From assembly GCA_051362555.1 (NCBI GenBank), contig CM120640.1, positions 36,723,967 through 36,787,966 on the forward strand: DNA of 64,000 nucleotides, read 5' to 3'. Shown here piece after piece: positions 15,001 to 26,700 of the stretch; position 1 is the first letter of the stretch; each line of letters opens with the position of its first letter. Made by a program: the position numbers and the translations under genes. The notes below the pieces were generated by a model. It made no database searches. It had not been told where the DNA came from and saw nothing but the letters and a program-made list of their open reading frames with translations. The stretch is from Lingula anatina. Lineage: Eukaryota; Animalia; Brachiopoda.

Positions 15001-17797
15001 TTCTCAGCTTCCTCTCCCCTGTTGTGTGGCTGTTTCGTGGTGGAGGGCGTTCATAGTGGCGTCTAATTTCTCTCTTTTTGATTTGCAATGAATCTGTTCA
15101 TTAATTGTTTATGTTGTTGTTAAGTTGTGTTGCTTGATATATACCACACTTTTAACTTGCTTCATGTTTTTTCCCCATTTTTAATGTGCTTTGTAGTTAG
15201 TTTTTTTTTTTTTCTTTTGTTTTCTAAAAAGTTTCATACAATCTTGATCACATGTTTGCTTTAGTATTCTATGTTGAGTTATTGCATGAATGCACCTTTT
15301 AAGTAGAGCTTAGATATGATTTTAACTGTTACTAGCAATACACCTACGTATCCCTTAGATGATAAGAATAAGACATATTGTTAGTCTGAGAATTATTGTT
15401 ACGCCCAAAAGACATTGGGGTCTCAATGTTGGTAAATTAATAATAAAGAGTTTTACATGCTTGTGATCAGTATGCCACCAGCTTAGAGCTAAAAGTTTTA
15501 TAGATTTGCTGTTAAACCATTCCCCATGGCTCTGTTGCCGTGTACAAAACTAGCCACTACTCATCAGCTAAGTAACCATTTACACCCATCTTTGGTGGCA
15601 CTCAATTTTACAACATTGCAAGCGATTTCTTGGACTTGGCCATTTATATATAGTGTGTCATCAAAGATGGGAAAAGTGATTCCAATTTAAACCAGTTTAG
15701 CCAAATGTTAAAACTGACTTAAATTGGCTAACAAAATAGGGTTGATTTGATTTGTTTTTGTCAAATTTAAATCATTTGTAGAAAAAATTGATGAAAAAGT
15801 AGTGTAGTCGCATGCTTGAAATTTTGAATTGGGGGGTGACAAAAAAAAGGTTGAAGCTAGAAAAGACAGGGGAATTCAGTACTTGTTTTGATTGACCTGA
15901 TTTTCAGTCCTGTATTTTGTTGGGGGGGGGGGGTAGACTGTATCAAAATCAACCCATGCCTCAATCTTGTTGGTGGTACTAGTACATCCACTCAGACCTG
16001 GAATTGGCCCAAACCTCTCTGAAACCCCAGTTGTATTATGATTTGACTTTGTAAATTTGATTGTATTTTGCTTTTATTCAATAGAACACTTGTCTGTAAT
16101 GAAATCACCGTTTTTGCATTAATCTCATAATCTACAGATGTAATCACAGTGACAAAAAAAGTAAATATTTGGTTTCAGTGTTTTCTAAGTTTAAACATCA
16201 TGGAAAAAAGTCACATGCATGACCTTTCATTTCAACATTTACCCAATCTCTTTTGAGAGCATACCACTCCTTCTCAGTGTGGGATGTTTATAAGCAAATA
16301 CAGATAGTGTGTGTGTCTTTAATCCCAGTGTATCTGGTGGGTATTTGGATACCATTTATTATAACATTTAAAAAGTTGCATTTAACTTGGAGGAATAGTA
16401 GGGGTACATGTAGTGCATAACCAGGTTTATGGATGTACAAAAAGCTTTCAGCCTGTCATTGAAGCCTACACCTATTTGTGGGGTGAGCAGCAGAGAGCTG
16501 GTGGTTTTTTTTGTATAAATGCCATATTACACTTAGGGAAAAAATTAGGATTTACTTTCTCAACGAAGTTGTAGTTGTTAAACAAAAGTGTTTTTATCTT
16601 AGAATTTTCTTTCTTCTACATGCAGAAGACTATCTGATTGGTTTTATAAACCAGTGTCCCAGGGACAAATTTTAGCACAGCTGGGAGTCACCAGGTTTGC
16701 TGAAGTCCAGGAGAAGGGATAGACAACCGTTTGGCCGAGCGTAGCATAAAGTTGGCCACTGTTAGGACTGCATCCTCTTAGCTTGTGAAAAAAAAAGGCA
16801 CTTACCTTTGTGTATCAAACATCCACCGTTAAGGGCTTTCAATTAGAAGATTAAATAGTGATTAATTTGACAAGTGCTTGAATGATTTTATTTTTTCTTT
16901 TCAGGTTGTCAGTTCCACCAATGGGGAGCTTGCACCGGATGACCCCACAGCAGGACACTCCAACACGCCAATCACTGCTCAGGCAGAGGTAGAAGTGGTG
17001 GATGAGACAAAGTATGTATAAACCTATTGTATTTACCATTTAAATTGATAGTTTCATTGTTAAGCAGGGGAAAGGGCTGAGGGCAAGTAGGTGTAAAAGC
17101 ATGATGGGTTGTTAGGGAGGGGGGGTACCCTAGACGCTTGTTATCAGGTGCGTTATGACAATTTGAAAATTATTTAGACTTGCGGTCTTGTGTATTACTT
17201 TCCTTTTCATCTGATTTCATGAGAAAAACTGTACACAGAAAAGGTTTACTTTCATGTTCTGTTTGCTTTCATGGATGTAATTCACACCTGATATTAGCTG
17301 AAGTGATATCAATTACGTTTCCAGCTTACAACAATAGTTGCCAATAATTTATCTTTGAGATGAACAAAATTGGAGATCTGTTATGTTCCAAAACTCGTAA
17401 ACAGCAAAACAAAATTGGCAAGTACTGTGTGAGAGAAATCTTCTATCAGTACAAAGTCGTTTTCCTGAAAAGAAATCTAAGCTCGAGCAAGCCCTTTGCA
17501 TTGTCATTTTATTTTTCCTCACTAGGTGCTGCTTCTTCCGTCGTCGCAAGAAAAAGAAGACGCGTGCCCCTCGCACCAATTGAAGAATAGGACATTGATA
17601 AGACTTTGAGTCAATGAGTCATTTATTTTTAACATTGATGCACCAGTGGGACACAGTGTAATAAATAAATCATTATTTGTTTGTATGATTCTGATTGGTG
17701 CATCCCCTCCTACTTTTCACGTAGGTGTTGCGGCTGCTTTCGTCAACAGAAGAAAAGTAAAAAGAAAGCCACGACGACAGCTCAACGAGGCAAATGA
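2..17797 (+). CDS. CSNK1G: Casein kinase I gamma (gilgamesh/CSNK1G family), 5'-truncated; isoform using distal terminal exon 11b
   Basis: Phase-consistent GT-AG exons: <1-107 ([25 protein letters not shown]), 2076-2116 ([13 protein letters not shown]), 3986-4055 ([18 protein letters not shown]), 9118-9266 ([30 protein letters not shown]), 11134-11368 ([38 protein letters not shown]), 11672-11842 ([28 protein letters not shown]), 12647-12795, 13079-13174, 14894-14995 (ADRHGGSVQ), 16905-17011 (VVSSTNGEL...VEVVDETK), 17725-17797 ([23 protein letters not shown]). The C-terminal tail and Cys cluster are CK1-gamma-specific. Confidence 0.97.
4558..5836. mobile_element. Non-autonomous TIR DNA transposon (hAT-like) in CK1-gamma intron
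   Basis: Perfect 17-bp TIR CAGACTTTACGAAAGGC (4558-4574) / GCCTTTCGTAAAGTCTG (5820-5836); 6-bp direct repeat CTTTTG on both flanks; subterminal repeats (tctgtcagac, gtccgac); no transposase ORF. Confidence 0.88.
7112..8277. mobile_element. Non-autonomous Kolobok-like DNA transposon
   Basis: TTAA|GGATGTAGATAACAG ... CTGTTATCTACATCC|TTAA: perfect 15-bp TIR, TTAA target duplication and RR...YY termini (Kolobok signature; piggyBac would start CC). No coding capacity. Confidence 0.85.
17526..17583 (+). CDS. CSNK1G: CK1-gamma alternative proximal terminal exon 11a, (K)[18 protein letters not shown]
   Basis: Acceptor ttttcctcactag ends at 17525; phase 2 matches the upstream exon ending ACA AA; Cys-Cys-Phe-Phe plus polybasic tail as in CK1-gamma; TGA 17581-17583; AATAAA at 17660-17665 followed by a GU/U-rich tract. 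Confidence 0.85.
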
Positions 17798-20608
17798 CAT
17801 GGGGCTTCTGACCAGGACCAAGACACTGTTCCTTTGCACAGATTTCGAGGAAGGAAAACTGCAGACAGTAGTACAGAGGAGAGTCGCAGCTAGAAATGCC
17901 AGCCTGCTGGGAGACCTCCCAGTGCTCCAGAAGGCCTAATTCTTATTTATTGTCTTGAGTCATTATACACCTTCATTTGGTTTAAGTCACACAAGAGGAT
18001 TTCTTACTTTTAAAATCAGGGAACATGAAAGACACCTTTGGCCCCTGTGCAAATTTAATGTCACATGAAAGATAGGTATCACAGGATAGTAACTTTTTTT
18101 GTTTTGTTTTGTTTTTCACATGTGATAAAACAGATAGTCTTTGTTTGCTTTTGGAAAGATGTAACTGGCTTGAATATGTCTTTTTCTGCGGCAGGCTGTG
18201 AACTGAACGGTTCAGAGACAGTGATCTGTGATTTGCTGTGATGGACATGTGGTTTCAAACAGATGTCATAATCACTCTAGTCATATCATTGCAGATGGTG
18301 CCTTGGGCTTGGTCAGAAAGAACTATTGAAAGAAATATATATATGCGTATAACTTTAAAAATCTTTGACTCCTAAAGACATTGGGAATAATGACACACCT
18401 TATTAATAGCCAGACTCTGCAGAGAAGAACCATGACACTTCTTGTTGTTTAGGAGAAGTGTCTTGTGTAATTTTTATTATCTTCATGATCAAAGCTTCTT
18501 TTAACTGAGCACCCAATATTCAGTCTGCTGTTTGTAGTACTAGATGTACATTTCCTATCTGAAACTATAGGGAGGGAACATGCTTTATTTCCTGGTGTAT
18601 ATAAAAAAAGCATATTTATGTGCCACGCATGATAATCAACTGGTGGCTCCCTACCTATTTGTCACTTAGACCTCATACTTGAAAGGAACAGAGAAAGAAG
18701 GAGAATCATGTAAATGTATCTCTTTGTGTCAAAAATGTCAGTGTAACCAAGCTCAGGATACTGACATTCTACAAGCAGCTGTATATTTGCTTCTGAAATG
18801 TGCTACAAACTTCATATTATAGAAGCCATGTTTGTAATGGTGGTAGGATAATTGGCACAAGACGCTGCTTTCAACAGAGGGAGAACACAGTGGTGTAAAT
18901 GACAGCTTGTTTGAAGTTCTTTTTATGTACAGACACAAAGTGTCTGAGCATACGATAGTAACCAGTGTCCAGTTGTCTTGGTTTTCAAAAAGAAAGTTGT
19001 CCGGGCAGACCTAGGATAATGACAAGCCCAAATTCCAAAACAGTTCTGCATTACAATTTACATGCATTTTGATCATTTTAAATCGTAATAGTGCATTCAA
19101 AAAGTAATAATCAGGTTTTAAAGCAAATCTTTAATGTTTTTGAGAGAAACCGGTGATATTATATATATATATATATTGAGACATGGAAATGAGGGATGAC
19201 AGCTTTGTTACCGATTTGACCTAGGTATATAAGGATGCAATGCACATTTCAGCAAATTCACTTTTGAGAAATGCATTTGCTGCAAAGACCAATAACATAC
19301 AATATTGTCCTGAAGGCATCTTCCTATTTTAATTTAGTCTGTACATTCTGTCAGCTTTGCTGTCTAATTAGTTATCATTCATTCCCAAAGATATCATATA
19401 TGTTCTACTATTAGAGAGGGCTCCCCGAGTTCTCAGTACATTTGTGATACAGTCTAATGTCATTGCATTTGGTGGAGCAAACAGGTCATTCATTTATTCT
19501 CATTTTCATTGAATCGTACACCTGAGAGCTTTGTGAGAGTTTGCTTTACACAAATATAAACTGAAGGGAAAGTGAGGCACAAAGAATTTCATTTATTTAC
19601 CCTAGAATGCAGATTCTTGCTATGACAATACCAAATGTATAAGCTGCGTCTCAAATTATATCAGACTTCTTAGAAAAATCCAGTGATGACAGTGCATGGT
19701 TTTGTATCACTTAGGAAGAAAAGCTGAAGGAAGCCTGGGTTTGCAAAGAACCTGTCACATCTACCTTGAATATCTTTGTGGCTGAGGTTCCATAAAGGAT
19801 ATTTTACTTCCAAGTTGTAATTGCCCATTATCTGAGACTGCACCCAAGTCAGTTATGGCTGAACTTTTTATTTGTAATATCAGGGTTAAGGAATTTTTGA
19901 AAAAGTGTCGAATTACAGTTTGTTAAGTTCAAAGATTCAAATGTCTGTTCCTTGGAATATAAGATAATAGGTCTATAATGTTCAAGTTGAACAAGATGTA
20001 GTAGTTTGTGATTTTAAGTAGGAATTTGCCCATCTCCTGTCACCTCTTTTCAATGGTCAGAATGTAAAAGTGACAAGGCAAAGATCACAAGGACTGTATC
20101 TCGGCAACTACAACATGTGTAAATGTACCAAATCCTCTAAGAATATGCCAAGATGCCTGCCAACTGGTACACTTTCACCATTAGACAGCTAAATATTCTG
20201 AAAAAAATGATCATAGGTCAGTTACCATGAGGTAAGTGATGTAACTGCACTGATGCATTTTACAAGGCACTAGTTTTATTATCTTGTTCTCAGGTGTTTG
20301 AAATAGAGAACGCCTGAAGATGCCTATAGTGTTTTGAACTTGTGCAAAAAGCCTCCTTAATTTGTTCTTCAGTCTGGGGGCCTCTTTTTTATTATCTATG
20401 AGAAATGGGATTTGGATTCTCATGACAGTAAGGTTTAATTGAGGGGGGTCAGGGCAGGACATTGTCGCAACAAATACTGTCATGGAAATGCAATCTTCGA
20501 TTGTACTCATTTTGCTTTCTGGGAATTTAGGTCAAGTTTGTATGATGGATCATTAATTGTATGGAAGTATTAATCTTTTGTTCAAATTAGCCATGCTGTG
20601 GTCTCCAG

Positions 20609-20614
20609 AATAAA
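20609..20614 (+). terminator. Likely polyadenylation signal ending the long (about 2.8 kb) CK1-gamma 3' UTR
   Basis: AATAAA followed about 25-45 nt later by U-rich sequence (ttgtcatttattttc); lies between the CK1-gamma stop and the convergent PCLAF 3' end. Confidence 0.5.
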
Positions 20615-22136
20615 AGTCTTGTGCAACACATCAGTGCCTACTTGTCATTTATTTTCACTGTTAGTTCATTTGAATTGAAGGAGGGCATTTTCAATTTTAT
20701 ATTTGTAAAGTTGAAGTTTAACCTTATTGTAACTGTATGGAAATGTCTTGGGAGGTAATAGGGGACGGAGAAACCAAGGTAGCATCAGCATTATTTTTGC
20801 TGAAATAAAATAGAACTTTGAAATTACAATATAGCCTTTTTAGGCTGCATGTATGTGAACATTCAGTATTAAGCATGTCTGTATATAATTTGGCATTTGA
20901 AAAATAGAAATCGACTGTTATATGATTAAAATCATGTTATGATCAAGTAAACAGTAGAAGTGAAAAGAGTGCACTTTTAAAATGTAAGTGTATAAAAGAA
21001 TTTATTTTCAAAAAATGACATATTTACAATTCACTGAGTTTAACAATATTCTGAGGATAGACCACAAGTTTCAAGTGTGGGATCACACGTGTAATGCAAA
21101 TGATTGCTCCAGGATATACCCAACTTGCCAAGTCCTCAATCTAAAGAAAGTCTTCAATTTAAAGAAATATTCATTTGCACTTAGCTTATGTAAAACTTCC
21201 ATTTAAACTATACTTAATGTCAGTAATTAGATAAAAATATCTCTTAGCTTGACACTGATGCTTTTTAAAAAGTTTTGTCAATAACTCTTGTGTCATCTCC
21301 AAAAAAGATTAAACCTTAGACTGTCAAGTGACATAATGAATGACAAACTATCGACTACTTTGACAACTTCTAAATGTACAAAAACGATCTGTATCGAAAT
21401 ACCATTAATACCCCCAGCACTGCTTTTGGGGAAAAATAAACAGGAATGATATATGACAATAAATTCTGAGACTCCAGCTCCTCAAATAGTCACATATACA
21501 GGTTACTGATACATCTGGATAGACCTAAAGGGAATCCTAGACTGTGAGCCGAATACCCAGGCTACCCAGGTATATAGATATACTTTTTTACGATGTGCAA
21601 ATTCATAAATAGGTTTTATTGAAATTAACCAATCTTTGTAGGGGGGACAAACTAAATTGAAAATAATAAGTACAAATTTCAAAGTCCATGTTTTAAATAT
21701 TCTAAAATTGTGCTTAAACATTGAAAAATATGTACCATAATGCACCATTACTATGCTACAGAATTTGGCATAAAATTGTATAACAGGTCCTAGAGAGACA
21801 TTTTATTATGTTATTGCTTAGATAGTTTGTTTTCAATCATTTATGAATCATGAGGAAATTACTTAATGATTATGTACAGGTGGACGGACAACCTGTTTTC
21901 CATATACCCCCCCCCCCCCCTTATTTATTGGATTGGGGGAGAGGTACAAAAACTATTAGCATAAATTCTAAATCCCTGCTGTACTTGGATTCTTGCAGTA
22001 TACAAGAATGATGAAATGTGTCCATAATTTCTTTCAAGCGGAGTGTTGCTCAACATGCCTGGTTAGCTCACTGATCTGCACACAGATCTCACTTCAGCTT
22101 TCGCTAATATTTACTTTTACCAATATAAGCAACAAA

Positions 22137-22975
22137 TCACTCATCCTCATCACTTTCAATTAGAGGTTTCTTTTCTGGAATCACTTCATCATCACTGCCA
22201 CTGTCACTAACTGCTCTTGTTGCTTTGCTTTTGGTAGGAAGTTTTGATTTAGCCTTGGTCTCATTTCCTGAACTGAAATAAAATATGATAAAGTCATAAA
22301 AGAGATAGCTTAGAGGCCATTTCAACAGCAAGACACTATATACTGTCTAATGTAAAGGTCTTCACCCTCATCAAAAAAGAAACAACTAGTTTAATACAAG
22401 GATGTAGTTATTTTTATCCAGTATCCATAATTATAAGTTTTAAAAAATCTGTAAAGTAAGGCCCAATGTTAGGGAATGTGTACAATGCAAATACAAATTC
22501 AAATCATGGAAATCTTTGGTCTGACAATTCACTTATCTTGTTTAAAACAAAACAGCAAGGCTCATAAGATTCTGTTTATTTGTCTAATTCAAGCTCCTCT
22601 TTTAAAACTAATGTATCATAGCCACTGTGTCTCAAGAGGAGCTTCAATTAGACAAAGACAGGGGCCTACATTGGCCATGGCACATTTTGGCATACCTTGT
22701 TGATGCACTTGGTCCTTCGTCATCTCTGTTCTCCTTTCCTTTCCCACTTGGTGATCTGAGTAGAAATGAATCCAATCCCTTCTGCCAAGATGGTGTAGGC
22801 CTTGGGTGTGCTGGATTGCCACCCGCATATTTCCCCTTTCCTAGTAAAAATTTTAAAAAGAGCAATGATTCTTACAAAAGTAATAATTTTCATACAAGGA
22901 TAAAAGTAATTTATTAGGAACTCGGTCTACACTAAAATCCTCAATCTGCACTGGGAGAAATTTTGAAAAAAAAAA

Positions 22976-23006
<31 letters not shown>

Positions 23007-23439
23007 ATACATGTCATCAACTAGTCGGCCTCAGCCTGGTAAACTGTACCTGAAACATGTACTGATTTCTGACTAACTAACCTGTTGATGATGGACTATC
23101 TGCAGAAGCAGGGACAGCTGCCAGTGCTTTTCTTGGGGCTTTTGCTGCAACAGCTACAAAGATACAAAAATAAAAGATCTAAATGCTATTTATCTGTTTA
23201 AGACACAACTTGATCTTCAAATATTTATAACAGCAATACACACCTAACATCTGTTCCTCAGCTATCATTCGCTTCATGGTTGCATTATCATACTTACTGG
23301 GATGCATGTATTATGTATATAATATATTATATTAAATAATATAATGTGTTTTACGAAATTTGGTTCATCAATCTTAACCTCAAATAGTGGGCGTAAAATT
23401 ACCTTTTACTGTAGAACAACTGGCTTTTGTCCTGACCAT
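22137..23439 (-). CDS. PCLAF: PCNA-associated factor (PAF15/KIAA0101), 129 aa, 4 exons
   Basis: Minus-strand exons 23439-23403 (MVRTKASCSTVK), 23153-23082 (AVAAKAPRKAL...), 22840-22696 (GKGKYAGGNPAHPRPTPSWQKGLDSFLLRSPSGKGKEN...), 22272-22137 (acidic tail ending ESDEDE*); 390 nt in frame. MVRTKA start, KYAGGNP, PIP box QKGLDSFL and KEN box are PCLAF hallmarks. Confidence 0.95.
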
Positions 23440-23724
23440 TGTGCTCCAATTTTACTGCTAACTGGACAGAGAAATGTATGGTCGCCTATTAGTTCCCACG
23501 TTCTTGATTTGCTTAATTCCCGCGTTTTTATGTTGTAGTCTCGAACGTCGAACGATAGTTAATGTAAATGTGCAAAATTGAATACTACTAGACCTTCTTT
23601 TTCTTGTATATAAGTATATAACCATTTAAGATAACATAATAACTGATTGACATATTATTATCTTTTTAAAATGAAAATAGAGAAAATATTATTTCGTCCG
23701 CTAAAGCATGATGGGATTTCCAAA
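23440..23724. promoter_or_regulatory. Bidirectional promoter/5' UTR region between PCLAF and TRIP4
   Basis: Divergent ATGs only 285 nt apart; E2F-like TTCCCGCG at 23517-23524; ZNF143/Staf-like site (minus strand ATCCCATCATGCTTT) at about 23702-23717; locally more CpG. Confidence 0.75.
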
Positions 23725-26700
23725 ATGTCTGCGCCCATAGTTCATTGGATTTGTCGTGAGCTGTCTCAATTATTAGGTTTTGAGGCGACAGAAGACATAG
23801 CAAGGTAGTTATCTTCTTATATGTAATATCTTTCATCAAAATACGCTTCTTTTGGAGATAAAATATTGTGTCATAATTTGTCACATAAGTGATTTTGTGT
23901 ACACGGCGACGTTGGATTGCACAATGTTGTGACATGTTAACATATGCGGTGTTTACTAACTGCAGCCAGGCCTTTACAGTCTTGTAGGATGTTGTCACAG
24001 CACCCAATTTTGTGCACTGCCTTATTAACAAATGCTCCACGCGGGCAGCAGACACAAACCCTCTTTTCTTTCACTGACTACCGTCCGTCGAATGTTCAGT
24101 ATTGAACCATCGGGCCAACATACCCTTTATTAAAAAAGTGATGGAAATGCTACGATTTTTCAGACCAATAAACCTGCGGACTATCGAGACGCCCCCGATT
24201 GGCACATGGTTATCCTTTTTTCAAATACTAAAATTATTGGTTCATGTTGTGATATATTTGAAGGGCTGTCATGTTTCACACAAGTCACATGTGAAGTAAA
24301 CCAGAGTGGCTAAAGTCACTTATCCTTGTGGTAGCTACAGTCTAAATAGCACAAGTAAAGACGTTCATTATGCCCTGATTAGGGGCGTGAACAACTTTCC
24401 TTACAGTCCACTTGTAAGATCCTTGTACATGTCTTCCCAATCCCTCCTTGATCCAATAACTACTCTTGCACTGGTGCTGAATGTTAGCTAAGAAGTGTTA
24501 TAATCAAGTAAATATTTATAATGGTCAGGGAATACTCGCAGATGGAGGACTTAAACGTACAGGTGTGTCCTGTCAGGTGTCTCGTAGTGGAGTGGCCGAT
24601 ATCGTATTTTCTACTATTGGTATAGACTGTAGGCAACGCTGTTGTTTTCAATATGATCCACAACCACAATACATGAAACTCAAGTACTTTGAGGTTTCAC
24701 TGTTTTGGTTGTTTCCGTTGAAATGCTCTGTTTATGGTGAAATTTTACCAAGAAAAAATCTCGTTTGCATTGAAAAGCCATGTAGATGTACAATATACAT
24801 TTTTTTATTTTAAAAGGTACATTTTAGCTATAGAAAATGCCAGAGACCTTGAAGAATATATGCTTGAGCTACTTGATGGTACAGATCCTAAAAACAGAAA
24901 GTTCATTAATGAACTGCTGAAAAAGTCTCATCCATCAGTACAGGTGCCAGATAATGTTCAGGTAATGTTTTTTATTTATTTATTTATTTATGACATTTCA
25001 TTTTTGGCACAAAGAACTTTTATATCTGCATTAATGTGTCAGTTTTATTTTGTTTTAGAATCCCATTGTTATATTATCAGACTTTCAGTTAGAGCAAGGA
25101 GTTCCAACTGTTGGAGCTCCTTGGTTAGAGGAGGTTCATTTCTTTTTACAGAGATACTATATTTTTGATACCAGTCAGGGAGGGTTCAACATTGATTAAG
25201 TTTGGGTTTCATTTTGCTTACTGGCAATCAGACATAGAATGCACTAGTTATGAATAAATATAGTTTTCAATTTTAGGTTTATAAGAAAAATTCAAGTGAA
25301 AATGACTTTCATCAAGCACCAGAAAAATCTAAAAGCAAAAAGAAAAACAGGGATAAACAAATAACGGACCAGCCAAAGGATTTAGAACCAGAAAGTGTGG
25401 TAAGATAATGTTTAGACTATCACCAAAACAAGGCATGGAAGTTTTTTCTTGAAGTCTTCAAATAACTGGCCCTAATCCAATTTCCAAAAAAACCCTAGAC
25501 TAACACATTGAGATTAAGAAGGCTTCCTATTACAAATGAGAACACAAACATGGAATTTTCAAAAGGTTATTAAAGAAAAGGATTTCAACATTTATTCTGA
25601 ACATTTATTAAACAAATTGGAATACTTGTTACAGCTGAAAAACCCCACTGGCCCAGTTGGGCCAGTAACTGATTGATTTTCAGAAATTTCACTGGCCTGG
25701 TGCAATTTTTACTGGCATTCACAGTTATGCCAGGTTTATCAACTATTCATTATTGAAGTTAGGAAACACATGTATTTTAGACAGGCTGTAGTCATACTAC
25801 CATGTCAGTTACATATGTATAATAAAGATTTTAAATGCTTTCAGGAAAATAGTGCCAAATATTCTGATAGACCTGCAGGAAAGAATAAACAAAAATTTGT
25901 GCCACTGTACAGTCAAGAAGGTCAAGACCGAATGACTGTTAAAATTTCAGGTAATGTCAATTGTTAAAAAAAAAAAAAATTTTAGAGGATTATATAACAC
26001 AACCAGATAGACACATTTTTAAGCAAAGTTTTATTGCAAAGTATATCATGTGGTCACCTCTAGTAGTGACTGGTAAATTTTTTAAAGGATGATTTTTTTA
26101 TAAGGCAAATGCAAAGGCCTACCAATTATTTTCAGTGTAAAGATTGATTTCATAGATGTAGAATGTTTTGGTTTATCATTCTTACAATGGTCTTCATTAG
26201 TGTCATAGGGTAATATATGGTAGGTTATGTATGGTAGGGTAAGCAGGGTTCTAAACTCCTTGATGATAAATAATAATATATTTCAAGATGCTGTTGTTTT
26301 TGTTTTTGTGTAAATGTTCCGTGCGGCATGTTTTTGACCAGTTTGTCTATTGAGTTTTGTTCACTGCTTGTTTTTGAGCTGCCATTTCACTTTCCCTCAT
26401 CATGTATTATTGTGGTGGAATAATGGTTGTATTTTTTATGAAATCTGTTTAGGTTGTTTAAAAGATAACTGAAATACAATTATTTTTAAAATGTTCTCTT
26501 CTCTTCTGGTTTTGCCTACTCCTATTTGCAAATCATTCATTTTTTCCATAAATTCACTTGCATCTAATCTTATTTTATACCGTTTTTCATTACTTTTTAT
26601 GTACAGACACAGATGTGTCTGTACATATAGCCGTCATCTGCGTCTGTCGTTGCCGTCGTTGCCGTCGTCGCCGTCGCCGTGCACTTTTACCGATAACACG

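Noticed and set aside
17325-17337. Possible third CK1-gamma terminal exon (ttccag|C TTA CAA CAA TAG, giving ...DETNLQQ* without Cys anchor)
   Set aside because: Weak polypyrimidine tract and only four codons; cannot be told from chance without transcripts.
17646-17939. 97-aa ORF in the track overlapping CK1-gamma exon 11b
   Set aside because: Starts at GTG in intronic sequence and is out of frame with the spliced kinase; kept only as an alternative explanation for the readthrough signal.
24300-24670. GC-richer, exon-like stretch in TRIP4 intron 1 with short ORFs on both strands
   Set aside because: No recognisable homology and no consistent splice chain; probably a transposon fragment.
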